Shown here: piece by piece, positions 45,556-54,557 of the stretch
Layout: each line of letters opens with the position of its first letter
How positions within the stretch are numbered: position 1 is the stretch's first letter
Assembly (NCBI GenBank): GCA_035063585.1
Contig: JAPSGB010000030.1
Location: 1 to 55,708, forward strand
Direction: 5' to 3'
DNA: 55,708 nucleotides
DNA from: Polyangiaceae bacterium
GTDB taxonomy: Bacteria > Myxococcota_A > Polyangia > Polyangiales > Polyangiaceae
Made by a program: the position numbers and the translations under genes
The notes under the pieces: generated by a model
The model's input: only the letters and a program-made list of their open reading frames with translations
What the model was told of the DNA's origin: nothing
The model's database searches: none

Positions 45556-47426
45556 TCCCGCTCCTCGAGCTGCTCACCCTGCCGCCTGACGACACGGACT
45601 TCGACGTGCTCGTCGCGGAAGCACACCGCGCCGCGCGCCGCGGCGCACTCGAAGAGGCGCTCCGCACGGGCTGCGCGGCGCTCCGGCACGCGAGCGCCTC
45701 CGAGGACGGGTACACGCGGGTCGCGCGGCTGCTCACCGAGCTTTTTGCGCGCGCGGGCGCGCCGCGCGCCGCGCTCTCGATGGCCTGGTTCACTCGCGAC
45801 GCCGCGGGCCAAGCGGAGCTCTCGGAGGCGGTGCCACCGGTAGACCGAGCGCGCACGCTCGCAGGTGCGGCGAGCGAAGACGACGACGAGCGCGGGTTCG
45901 AGGGCGCGGCCCGAGCCTTCGAGGAGGCCGGGGCGCCGGTGCACGCGGCGATCGCGTTCGAGCGCGCGGGCCAGGCCGAGGCGGCGCGCGCGCTCTGGTC
46001 GCGGCTCGCCGAGCGCCTCGACGCGCGCACCGACGACTATGCGGCCGGGCTCGCGCGCTTCAACGTGGCGCGGACGAGCGAGCAGTTGGGTGACGCGCGC
46101 GGCGCGCGCGACGCGACGGTCGCGGCGGTGCACCGGCTCGAGGAGGCTGCGGACCGCTTCGAGTCGGTCGGCCAGCGCGAGCGCGCCTTCGACTGCTACG
46201 GCGTGCTGGTCGCCATCGGTGAGCTCAGCGGCACCTTCGAGCACGTGCTCGAGGGGATGGTGAACGCGATCCGAGTCCTCACCGGAGACAACCTGCGACA
46301 GCACGCGCTCGGCCAGTATGAGCGAGCGATCGAGCTGGCCGAGAGGGCCGGCGAGCCTGCCGCCGCGGCTACGCTCGCGCGCGAGCTCACCGCCTACGCC
46401 GAGCAGCAGGGGCTCCGAGCGCTCGCGACGCGCGGGACGCGCCAGCAGAGCGAGCTCTGGCAGAAGGTCGCCGACTCGACGCTCGTGCGCGGTGGGCCCT
46501 CCGAGCTCGCGGAGAACGCGCTGCTCGCCTCGCTCATCGCCGCTGCGGACGCGAGCGACTACGCGCGGGTGGGCGGGCTCTTCACGCGGCTCTCGGAGCT
46601 CGACGTCGAGGCCTCACGCAAGCGTCACTACGCGCGCGCCAGTCAGCGCTACCGTGGCGTCGCGAACGCGCCGGCGAGCGGCGCGACCATGAGCGCGAAC
46701 TTCACCACGGTGAGCTTACCTCCCAGCGTGTGGCACGACGACCTCGTCGAGTGGGAGAACGCGGGCTCGGCGCTCGAGGGCACCGCCGAGCTCTGCTTCG
46801 GGTTCGCCCGAGAGGGCTCGAAGGACACTCCGAGGCGGGTGCTCTTGGCACGCCTCGCCGCGCTCGGCGCCGAAGCGGCCCCCGCCAGCGCCGCCACGCG
46901 CGCCGGCGTGCTGGTCGCGACCGCGCTCGGCGACGTGGGGCTCTACGGGCTGCTCTCCGCGCTCGAGCACCTCTGCGAGCGCCCCGAGGCGGAGGTGCGC
47001 TGCGCGGCGGTGCGCTCGCTGTCGCGCTGCTTCTTCAAGAGGAGCTTCGTCATGATCGCGCGCGCGCTCGCGGATCCGAACGATCGCGTGGCCGGCGAGG
47101 CCACGAGCGCGCTCGAGCGGCTCCGGTTCGAGCATGCCTGGGATCCGCTCGCCCGCATCTACCGCACGGCCACGAGGCCCGCGGCGCAGCTCGCGGCGCT
47201 CCGCGCGCTCGCGCGGCTCGATGCCCCCGAGGCGGCCGAGCTCGTACTCGGCGCGCTCGCTCATGGCGGCTCGAACGAGCGCGACGAAGCGCTCGCGGTC
47301 CTGAAGACGGCGCGCGGCGTGCGCTTCATCGAGGCCGCTCGCGCCGCCTTCCCGACCGCCGCGCCGCCCCTGAAGGAGGCCCTCCGCGAGGTGTTCACGG
47401 CGAGGGGCGTCCCGCTTCCCGGATAG
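45552..47426 (+). CDS. TPR/SNAP-like alpha-solenoid protein with C-terminal HEAT repeats
   Basis: AARAFEEAG, AADRFESVGQRERAFDCY helical repeats; EVRCAAVRSL, ALADPNDRVAGEATSAL HEAT-like units; GTGA overlap with vWA gene. Confidence 0.72.
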   Translation: MIPLLELLTLPPDDTDFDVLVAEAHRAARRGALEEALRTGCAALRHASASEDGYTRVARLLTELFARAGAPRAALSMAWFTRDAAGQAELSEAVPPVDRARTLAGAASEDDDERGFEGAARAFEEAGAPVHAAIAFERAGQAEAARALWSRLAERLDARTDDYAAGLARFNVARTSEQLGDARGARDATVAAVHRLEEAADRFESVGQRERAFDCYGVLVAIGELSGTFEHVLEGMVNAIRVLTGDNLRQHALGQYERAIELAERAGEPAAAATLARELTAYAEQQGLRALATRGTRQQSELWQKVADSTLVRGGPSELAENALLASLIAAADASDYARVGGLFTRLSELDVEASRKRHYARASQRYRGVANAPASGATMSANFTTVSLPPSVWHDDLVEWENAGSALEGTAELCFGFAREGSKDTPRRVLLARLAALGAEAAPASAATRAGVLVATALGDVGLYGLLSALEHLCERPEAEVRCAAVRSLSRCFFKRSFVMIARALADPNDRVAGEATSALERLRFEHAWDPLARIYRTATRPAAQLAALRALARLDAPEAAELVLGALAHGGSNERDEALAVLKTARGVRFIEAARAAFPTAAPPLKEALREVFTARGVPLPG

Positions 47427-47589
47427 AGGTCGAGCCCCCTCCCCCGCCCGCTTTCCGCGAAGAAACCGGCAAAATCAGCGGGCTTCCGGGCTTCGCGGCG
47501 GGCGCCTCTCGGGGGCGGCGAAGCCCCGGGCAGGGAATCCCCGTGCCGCGGCTTGTCACCGCGAGAAAATGGCCTTAAGTGGTGGCCCC

Positions 47590-48234
47590 ATGACGATGCC
47601 CTTTCGCGCGCTCCTTGGTTCTGCCCTCTTGCTCGCGTTCCCCGCGGTCGGCTGCGCTGGCGCGCCCGCCGCCCCGTTCGACACGCTGAAGACGGCGAAC
47701 GTCACCGCGTTCCGCTTGCAGAACTACGAGCCGCCGCAGCCGGTCCCGGGCGCGGCCGCAACGCAGGGTGCGGGCGTCATCCCGGGGGTCCCCGCCGAGA
47801 TCCAGACCTGGATCCAGCAGGGCGCGGCGGGGCTGCAGCAGCTCATCCCGCCGGGGCTCCTCCCGCCCGGCCTCATCCCGGGCACCGCGGCGCCCCAGGC
47901 GGCCCCGCAGGCGACGCAGATCGCGCGCTTCGAGGGCTTCCCGATCCTCGGGCAGACCCAGGTCGTCGATCCCGATCTCAAGGACGAGCTCGCCGACATC
48001 CTCGGCCACGAGGGCAACTTCCAGAGCGCGCACGCGAACTGCCTCTACGCCGAGGTCGGCATCTCGTTCACCTCGAACACGGGGGCGCAGCCGAACAACG
48101 TCCTCATCTCGTTTTCGTGCAATCAGGTGGCGGCGCGCAACTTCATGTGGCCGTTCGCTGCCTCGGGGATGAAGGCGAGCACCGTGAAGGAGCTCTCCGG
48201 CGTGGTCGCCAAGTTGTTCCCTCCGGGGGCCTGA
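47590..48234 (+). CDS. hypothetical lipoprotein
   Basis: Lipobox AVGC; strong GC3 bias; Pro/Gly-rich insert. Confidence 0.7.
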   Translation: MTMPFRALLGSALLLAFPAVGCAGAPAAPFDTLKTANVTAFRLQNYEPPQPVPGAAATQGAGVIPGVPAEIQTWIQQGAAGLQQLIPPGLLPPGLIPGTAAPQAAPQATQIARFEGFPILGQTQVVDPDLKDELADILGHEGNFQSAHANCLYAEVGISFTSNTGAQPNNVLISFSCNQVAARNFMWPFAASGMKASTVKELSGVVAKLFPPGA

Positions 48235-48330
48235 GCGAGGCCCCGAGGCTCCGCACGCCCGGGGGGGACGTGACGAGAAGCTGACGGTGATGTGAGCCAG
48301 CGCGGACGACGCGCCGGCTAGCCTCGCGCC

Positions 48331-49164
48331 ATGACGGGCGCGCTCCTCGGGGTTTACTCGTACGCGGAGTTCTTCGGCGCGGCGGTCGCGTTCCTCCCGG
48401 CGATGGGCGCGTCGCACCTCCGCCACCGCGGCGACGTGACGCAGCGCGCGCCCGGTCGCTGGATGCGGCGGTTTGGCCGGGTCACCTCGAGGCTCACCCC
48501 GGTGTGGCGCTTCAGCGTGGACGGGCCCACCCCTCCTCACATCCTCGAGCGCGCCTACGTGGTGGTCGCCAACCACGAGTCGACCGCCGATCCGTTCCTC
48601 TTGTCATTTCTGCCGTGGGACATGCGCTGGGTCGCGAAGGAGGAGCTCTTCAAGCTACCGCTCCTCGGCTGGCTGATGCAGTTCGGCGGTGACATCCCGA
48701 TCCGGCGCGGCGCCCGCGAGAGCGTCGAGGAGATGCTCGACGAATGTCGCCGCACGCTCGCCGCAGGTATGCCGATCATGATGTTCCCCGAGGGCACGCG
48801 CTCGCCCGACGGGCGGCTCTTGCCGTTCAAACCGGGCGCGTTCCAGCTCGCCATCGAGGCGGGCGTGCCCATCGTGCCGGTCGCGCTCGCCGGGACGCGT
48901 CATTGTCGCCCGAAGGGCTCGCGCTGGTTCGGCAAGGCGCGAGCGCACGCGCGCGTGCTCGAGCCGATCTCGACCGCGGGGATGGGCCCGGCGGACATCG
49001 AGCGGTTGGCGGAGATGACGCGACGCCAGATCGCCGAGGCGCTCCCCGCCGTGTGCGAAGCGGTCGGCGTCGAGCCGCACCGAGCGGCGCTCGAGGTCGA
49101 GGCCGAGCGCGCGAGCGCGCCGGATGACGGCGAGCCGACTCCGAGACGAGAACACGCCGCGTGA
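48331..49164 (+). CDS. plsC: 1-acyl-sn-glycerol-3-phosphate acyltransferase
   Basis: NHESTAD (HX4D), VAKEELF, FPEGTRS, FKPGAF, PIVPV. Confidence 0.9.
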   Translation: MTGALLGVYSYAEFFGAAVAFLPAMGASHLRHRGDVTQRAPGRWMRRFGRVTSRLTPVWRFSVDGPTPPHILERAYVVVANHESTADPFLLSFLPWDMRWVAKEELFKLPLLGWLMQFGGDIPIRRGARESVEEMLDECRRTLAAGMPIMMFPEGTRSPDGRLLPFKPGAFQLAIEAGVPIVPVALAGTRHCRPKGSRWFGKARAHARVLEPISTAGMGPADIERLAEMTRRQIAEALPAVCEAVGVEPHRAALEVEAERASAPDDGEPTPRREHAA

Positions 49165-49176
49165 GCGCGGCGCTCG

Positions 49177-49200
49177 CGCGCGGTTCCGCGCCGAACCGAC
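49177..49200. repeat. dispersed intergenic palindromic repeat (copy identical to 27878-27901)
   Basis: Exact 24-bp match; lies between plsC stop and the Rieske/FAD gene. Confidence 0.7.
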
Positions 49201-49278
49201 CCCTCCCGAAACTTTCCCCGAGGCCGAGCGCGTACCAGCGTCTGCTCGCCTTGGTATGGTGCGAGACGGAGGTATGCG

Positions 49279-50775
49279 ATGAGCGAATCGAAGGAGCTCC
49301 TCGGAGCGGATCTCACCGCGGGCGTCGCGCTCGCGGATTTGAAGGACGGCGCGCCGCTCCTCGGCCACGCCGAGGGGGAGCAGGTGATGTTGGTCCGGCG
49401 CGGCGACGACCTCTTCGCGGTCGGCTCCACCTGCACGCACTACGGCGGGCCGCTCGACGAGGGGCTCGTGGTCGGACACACGGTGCGCTGCCCATGGCAT
49501 CACGCTCATTTCGATTTATGCACCGGCGCTCCGAGCGCGCCCGCGCTCGGCAGGATTCCCTGTTTCGCGGTGGAACGCGACGGCGAGCGGGTGCGCGTCG
49601 GCAAGCGGCTGCCGCTCGCCGCGCCCGCCGCGGTGAGCGGTCCCGGGCGGGTCGTGATCGTGGGCGCCGGCCCCGCCGGGAACGCGGCGGCGGAGACGCT
49701 GCGGCGGGAGGGCTACGCGGGAGCCATCATGCTCCTCGGCGCGGAGGCGACGCCGCCAGTGGATCGACCCAACCTCTCGAAGGACTACCTCGCCGGTACC
49801 GCGCCCGAAGCGTGGATGCAGCTCCGCGACGCGGACTTCTATCGCGCGCAAGCGATCGAGTTTCGTGCTGGCACTCCGGTGGCGTCGCTCGACGTCGCGG
49901 GGCGCGCGGTCGTCCTCGAGAGCGGTGAGCGCGTGCCGTTCGACGCGCTCGTGCTCGCCTGCGGCGCGGAGCCGGTGCGCTTGTCGATTCCGGGCGCCGA
50001 GCGGATCCTCTCGCTCCGCACCCTCGCCGATAGCCGCGCGATCGTGGCGCAGGCAGTCGCGGGCAAGCGCGCCGTGGTGCTCGGCGCGAGCTTCATCGGG
50101 CTCGAGGTCGCCGCCTCGCTCCGCGCGCGCGGCGTCGAGGTCGACGTGGTCGGGCTCGAGAAGCTGCCGCTCGAGCGGGTGCTCGGCGCGGCGCTCGGCG
50201 AGCTCGTGCGATCGGTGCACGAGGAGCATGGAGTGCGCTTTCACCTCGGGCGCTCGGCGAAGTCCGTCGACGACCGCGGGGTCACGCTCGACGACGGTAG
50301 CGCGGTGGCGGCCGATTTCGTGGTCGGCGGCGTCGGCGTGCGGCCGCGCACCCAGCTCGCCGAGGCGGCCGGGCTCGAGGTCGCTCACGGCGTCGTGGTC
50401 GACGCGACGTTCCAGGCGGCTCCCGGCATCTACGCCGTGGGAGACCTCGCCCGGTTTCCGGACGAGCGGAGCGGCGAGCGCGTCCGCATCGAGCACTGGG
50501 TGGTGGCTGGTCGCCAAGGGGAGGCCGCCGCGCGAGCAATCCTCGGAAAGACGGCCGGACCACGCGCGGTGCCGTTCTTCTGGAGCGCGCACTACGACCT
50601 CGTCGTAAATTACGTCGGGCACGCGCCCTCGTACGATCGCGTCGAGATCGACGGTGACCTCGCGAAGCGCGACGCGGCCGTGCACTACTTCCGCGGCGAA
50701 CAACTGCTCGCGGTCGCGACGGTGGGTCGCGACCGTTACGCGCTCGAAATCGAGCGGCGCTTCGAAGCGAGCTGA
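49279..50775 (+). CDS. Rieske [2Fe-2S] domain fused to FAD-dependent ferredoxin reductase-like domain
   Basis: CTHYGG...CPWHH Rieske motif; IVGAGPAG; DRPNLSKDYL; GASFIGLE; RIEHW; PFFWS; GGAGG Shine-Dalgarno. Confidence 0.92.
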   Translation: MSESKELLGADLTAGVALADLKDGAPLLGHAEGEQVMLVRRGDDLFAVGSTCTHYGGPLDEGLVVGHTVRCPWHHAHFDLCTGAPSAPALGRIPCFAVERDGERVRVGKRLPLAAPAAVSGPGRVVIVGAGPAGNAAAETLRREGYAGAIMLLGAEATPPVDRPNLSKDYLAGTAPEAWMQLRDADFYRAQAIEFRAGTPVASLDVAGRAVVLESGERVPFDALVLACGAEPVRLSIPGAERILSLRTLADSRAIVAQAVAGKRAVVLGASFIGLEVAASLRARGVEVDVVGLEKLPLERVLGAALGELVRSVHEEHGVRFHLGRSAKSVDDRGVTLDDGSAVAADFVVGGVGVRPRTQLAEAAGLEVAHGVVVDATFQAAPGIYAVGDLARFPDERSGERVRIEHWVVAGRQGEAAARAILGKTAGPRAVPFFWSAHYDLVVNYVGHAPSYDRVEIDGDLAKRDAAVHYFRGEQLLAVATVGRDRYALEIERRFEAS

Positions 50776-50842
50776 CGAGTCAGGGGAAATCAGCAGAATC
50801 CGCAGTTTCCACGGAGGCGGGTCGGCGTATGATGGGCGAACG

Positions 50843-51928
50843 ATGATGACCCGCGTGATTCGAGCTCTGCCCATCCTCATCCTCGCCGGCGCGATCGCTG
50901 TGGCCTGTGACTCCGAGACGGACTCGAAGCGGCGTGTGACCACCGACGCCGGAACGGGCGACGGCTCCGTCGTGAACGGCGGCGCCGGCGGAGCAGCGGG
51001 GTCGGCGGGCGCGGACGCCTCGGCGGGCAGCGGCGGGACGGCGGGCGCAGACGCCTCGGCGGGCGGCGGCGGGACGGCGGGCGGCGGCGGGACGGCGGGC
51101 GGCGGCGGGACGGCCGGGAGCAGCCCGCTCGTGTGTGGGAGCGGAACGGTCCTCGATCGCGTGCAGCGACTCTGCCGGGACTGCCCCAGCCCTCCTGCCG
51201 GAGGCGCCGGGGGCGGAGCCGGCGCGAGCGGAGCCGGCGGCGTGAGCGGCACCGCCGGCGCGAGCGGGACCGCCGGCGCGAGCGGGACCGCCGGCGCGAG
51301 CGGGACCGGCGGCGTGAGCGGAGCCGCCGGCGCGAGCGGAGCCGGCGGCGTGAGCGGGACCGGCGGCGTGAGCGGAGCCGCCGGCGCGAGCGGGACCGGC
51401 GGCGTGAGCGGAACCGGCGGCGTGAGCGGAACCGGCGGCGTGAGCGGAACCGGCGGCGCGAGCGGAACCGGCGGCGCGAGCGGAGCCGGCGGCGCGAGCG
51501 GAGCCGGCGGCGATCCGTATCACGCGGCGCTCCGCTGCAGCGACGTCGACGCTACTGGCGCCACCTTCGATGAGGCGACCGGGTTCATCACCCTCGAACT
51601 GAGCTATCCGCTCACGATCGAGCGCGTTGCTTACTCGGTCACCATCCGATACACCGAACAAGGAACGGGCGAGGATCAAATGATGAGCTTCGACGAGGAA
51701 GCCGTGGTCAGCGATGATCGGCTGGTCATCGACCTCCGGGGCTTGTTCGCCGAAGCCAAGCCGGACGTGGTCTACGAGATCGTGCTGGACGCGCTCGACT
51801 TCCAGGACTCGTGCGGTCGTCACTCGACGTACGAGGCGTGTCAGGACGGAAACTCCACCGTGATGTATTTCGCGCCCCGGGCTCCGGGGCCGGGGTTCGA
51901 GTTCCACTGCGGCGGCGGCGCCTGCTGA
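50843..51928 (+). CDS. hypothetical lipoprotein with long Gly-rich repeats
   Basis: Lipobox AVAC; GGTAG and GGVSGT repeats; Cys-containing C-terminal domain. Confidence 0.7.
   Translation: MMTRVIRALPILILAGAIAVACDSETDSKRRVTTDAGTGDGSVVNGGAGGAAGSAGADASAGSGGTAGADASAGGGGTAGGGGTAGGGGTAGSSPLVCGSGTVLDRVQRLCRDCPSPPAGGAGGGAGASGAGGVSGTAGASGTAGASGTAGASGTGGVSGAAGASGAGGVSGTGGVSGAAGASGTGGVSGTGGVSGTGGVSGTGGASGTGGASGAGGASGAGGDPYHAALRCSDVDATGATFDEATGFITLELSYPLTIERVAYSVTIRYTEQGTGEDQMMSFDEEAVVSDDRLVIDLRGLFAEAKPDVVYEIVLDALDFQDSCGRHSTYEACQDGNSTVMYFAPRAPGPGFEFHCGGGAC
51218..51505. repeat. coding tandem repeat, 16 x 18 bp ((A/G)G(A/V)SG(T/A))
   Basis: Units such as GCCGGCGCGAGCGGGACC and GGCGGCGTGAGCGGAACC. Confidence 0.9.
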
Positions 51929-51952
51929 GGTGAGCGAGCGCGCACGCGCCGC

Positions 51953-51980
51953 TTGACGCGCGCGAGAATGCGCCTAGATT
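51953..51980 (+). promoter_or_regulatory. sigma70-type promoter of ssrA
   Basis: TTGACG-N16-TAGATT, 26 nt upstream of the mature tmRNA 5' end. Confidence 0.6.
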
Positions 51981-52006
51981 ACCGGGACCCATCAGGTCAT
52001 CCCTTC

Positions 52007-52354
<348 letters not shown>

Positions 52355-52482
52355 GGATTCATCGAGAAAAAGGCCAAATCCTCGATGCGGGGGAGAATCT
52401 CTCCCCCAGCTCTCCCCGGCCGCGCGTCCGAATTGACGGGCGTCTTCATTTTTTTCCGGCCGATCGGTGTAGCCGGATCAGG

Positions 52483-52845
52483 ATGGCGAACCCTCGCTTC
52501 AATCCTGACCGGCTGCTGGCAGGCTTGAGTCCGGACGAGACCCTGGAGTTCCAGGCGATGGCGAAGCGGGGCGAAGCGGCCCTGCTCGCGATCGCCGAAG
52601 AACTGGCGAGGTCACGGGGCTGGGCTCCCTCGGCACGGCCGCGCGTCACACGAGCCGACGAGCTGCCGGTCCTCCTCACGATCCAAGAGGCCGCCGCTCT
52701 CTTGCGAACCAGCGTCGGGTCCATCTACCAGCGTGTCTCCCGCGGCCAGCTCACGAAGGGCGACGGTCTCGTGCGCGACGGCAGCCGCGTCCTGTTCCAC
52801 CGCGATCGGCTCCTCCGATTCTTGGAGAACGGAGGCCGGCGATGA
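52483..52845 (+). CDS. excisionase-like helix-turn-helix protein
   Basis: LLTIQEAAALLRTSVGSIYQRVSRGQL...RVLFHRDRL pattern; ATGA overlap with integrase; start uncertain (52483 or 52558). Confidence 0.8.
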   Translation: MANPRFNPDRLLAGLSPDETLEFQAMAKRGEAALLAIAEELARSRGWAPSARPRVTRADELPVLLTIQEAAALLRTSVGSIYQRVSRGQLTKGDGLVRDGSRVLFHRDRLLRFLENGGRR

Positions 52846-54014
52846 GCGTCCGCGTGAAGCCCTGGCGAGGCTCCGGCAAGCCTGGCTGGGAGGTCGATAT
52901 CCGGATCACCTGGCCTGGCGGCGAGGCGCATCGCGAGCGGCGAAAGTCGCCGCTCACAGGCCACGACGCGACAAAACGCTGGGGACAAGCCCGCGAGGCT
53001 GAGCTGCTGCGGAAAGGTCCGCCGCGGAAGGCGGATCCAGAAGCACCGACGCCGGCCTGTGCTCCGATACCGACGCTCGCTGATTTCGCTCCGAGGTTCA
53101 TCAGCGAGTACGCCCGTGCCGAGCGTCACCACGAAGCCGGCATCGATTCCAAGGAGTCTGCGCTGCGGATCCATCTCATCCCGCAGCTCGGCACAAAGCG
53201 GCTCGACGAGATCACCACGGCCGATGTGCAGAAGCTGAAGGCGACGTTCATCGACGGCGTCAAGAATCCCGATGGCTCGTGGAAGGTCCGGCCGACGGAG
53301 AAGTCGAAGACGATCAACAACCGCCTGACCGTGCTCGGCAAGATGCTCAAGGTCGCGTGCGACTGGGGGGTCATCGCGACGATGCCCTGCACGGTGCGGC
53401 TCCTCAAGGTCAGCGAGGGGCAGCTTCACGCCTACGAGCACGACGAGCTGGACCGCTTGATCGAAGAAGCGGAGAAGCTCGGCCTCGAACACCTGCTCGT
53501 TGTGCTGCTCGGAGCAGACGCGGGCCTTCGTCGCGGCGAGATCCTGGGCATCAACCAGGCGGACGTCGATCACAAGCGGCAGCAGATCTACGTCCAGCGT
53601 CAGGTCTACAAGGGCAAGGAAGGGCCGACCAAGAGCGGCAAGCCACGGTACGTCCCGATGACGGACCGGCTCGCCAAGGCACTGCGGGCGCACCGACATC
53701 TCCGAGGCGATCGCGTCCTGTACTTCAAGGAGCAGGATGCAAACCGGTGGCAGGGCGAGTGGCGAGCCGTAACGCCAAAGGTGTTGCGGATGTGGATGGC
53801 TGCTGTCGAGAAGCGAGCCGGGTTCACGCCCCGGGGGGCGCTTCACATCTTGCGGCACACCTTCTGTAGCCGCCTCGCCATGAAGAACGCGCCGGTCATG
53901 ACCATAAAGGAGCTGGCCGGACACCAGCGGATCGAGACCACGCTGCGCTACATGCACTTGTCGAAGGGTGCGAAGCACGAGGCGATCGCGTTGCTGAACG
54001 CGGGCGGGAGCTAG
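52842..54014 (+). CDS. tyrosine recombinase / phage integrase
   Basis: Catalytic residues in GLRRGE (R), TKSGK (K), HILRHTF (HxxR), AGH and LRY; N-terminal arm-binding-like segment. Confidence 0.95.
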   Translation: MSVRVKPWRGSGKPGWEVDIRITWPGGEAHRERRKSPLTGHDATKRWGQAREAELLRKGPPRKADPEAPTPACAPIPTLADFAPRFISEYARAERHHEAGIDSKESALRIHLIPQLGTKRLDEITTADVQKLKATFIDGVKNPDGSWKVRPTEKSKTINNRLTVLGKMLKVACDWGVIATMPCTVRLLKVSEGQLHAYEHDELDRLIEEAEKLGLEHLLVVLLGADAGLRRGEILGINQADVDHKRQQIYVQRQVYKGKEGPTKSGKPRYVPMTDRLAKALRAHRHLRGDRVLYFKEQDANRWQGEWRAVTPKVLRMWMAAVEKRAGFTPRGALHILRHTFCSRLAMKNAPVMTIKELAGHQRIETTLRYMHLSKGAKHEAIALLNAGGS

Positions 54015-54557
54015 CTCACCGACCTGAGCCACCGGCGTGGCCCCGGCGCTTTGACTGCGGTGCGGTCTATTCGCGCGCCGAGCCTTGCCGGCCCTGTGAG
54101 CCGCGGATCTCTCGGCCCAGCGACTCATGGCCTCCACGTAGTTGCGCATGATCTCGTCGAACTCGGCCATGATCGCCTCACGAGTCGTCCCGAACCGGGC
54201 GACCACGGCTTCCTTCGCTCGGGACGTGCGCAGTCTGCATGGCGCCTCGGATCTCGCCGCGGCGTTGCCGTCCACGTGTTCGCGCTCCACTCCTTGAGGG
54301 CGTCATCGACGAGAAGCTCACCGGCACCCGGGCGATCGCCCTTCGCAGTAGCAAGAGTCGTTGTGGATCTCAGACGGGTTTCTCGTTGAGCCGCTTGGCG
54401 TTGGCTCGAAGGTCGTTGGTCGCCAGGGCCCCTCGACGCCGACGACCACCGACGACGGCGCCCCAGCCGCGCCTGGAAATCGCGCCCAGGTGAAAGCGGA
54501 AGGGCCGCCCGGTGCCTGATTGACCGGACGGCCCTTCGATGTGCGCGAGTGAGCGCG

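Noticed and set aside
37808..51505. Tandem arrays as CRISPR repeats
   Set aside because: Head-to-tail units with no unique spacers, lengths are multiples of three within ORFs, and there are no cas genes
52725..54014. 521-aa antisense ORF across the integrase as a real overlapping gene
   Set aside because: The overlapping part is the typical stop-free antisense frame of a GC-rich gene; only the non-overlapping part is kept as a weak finding
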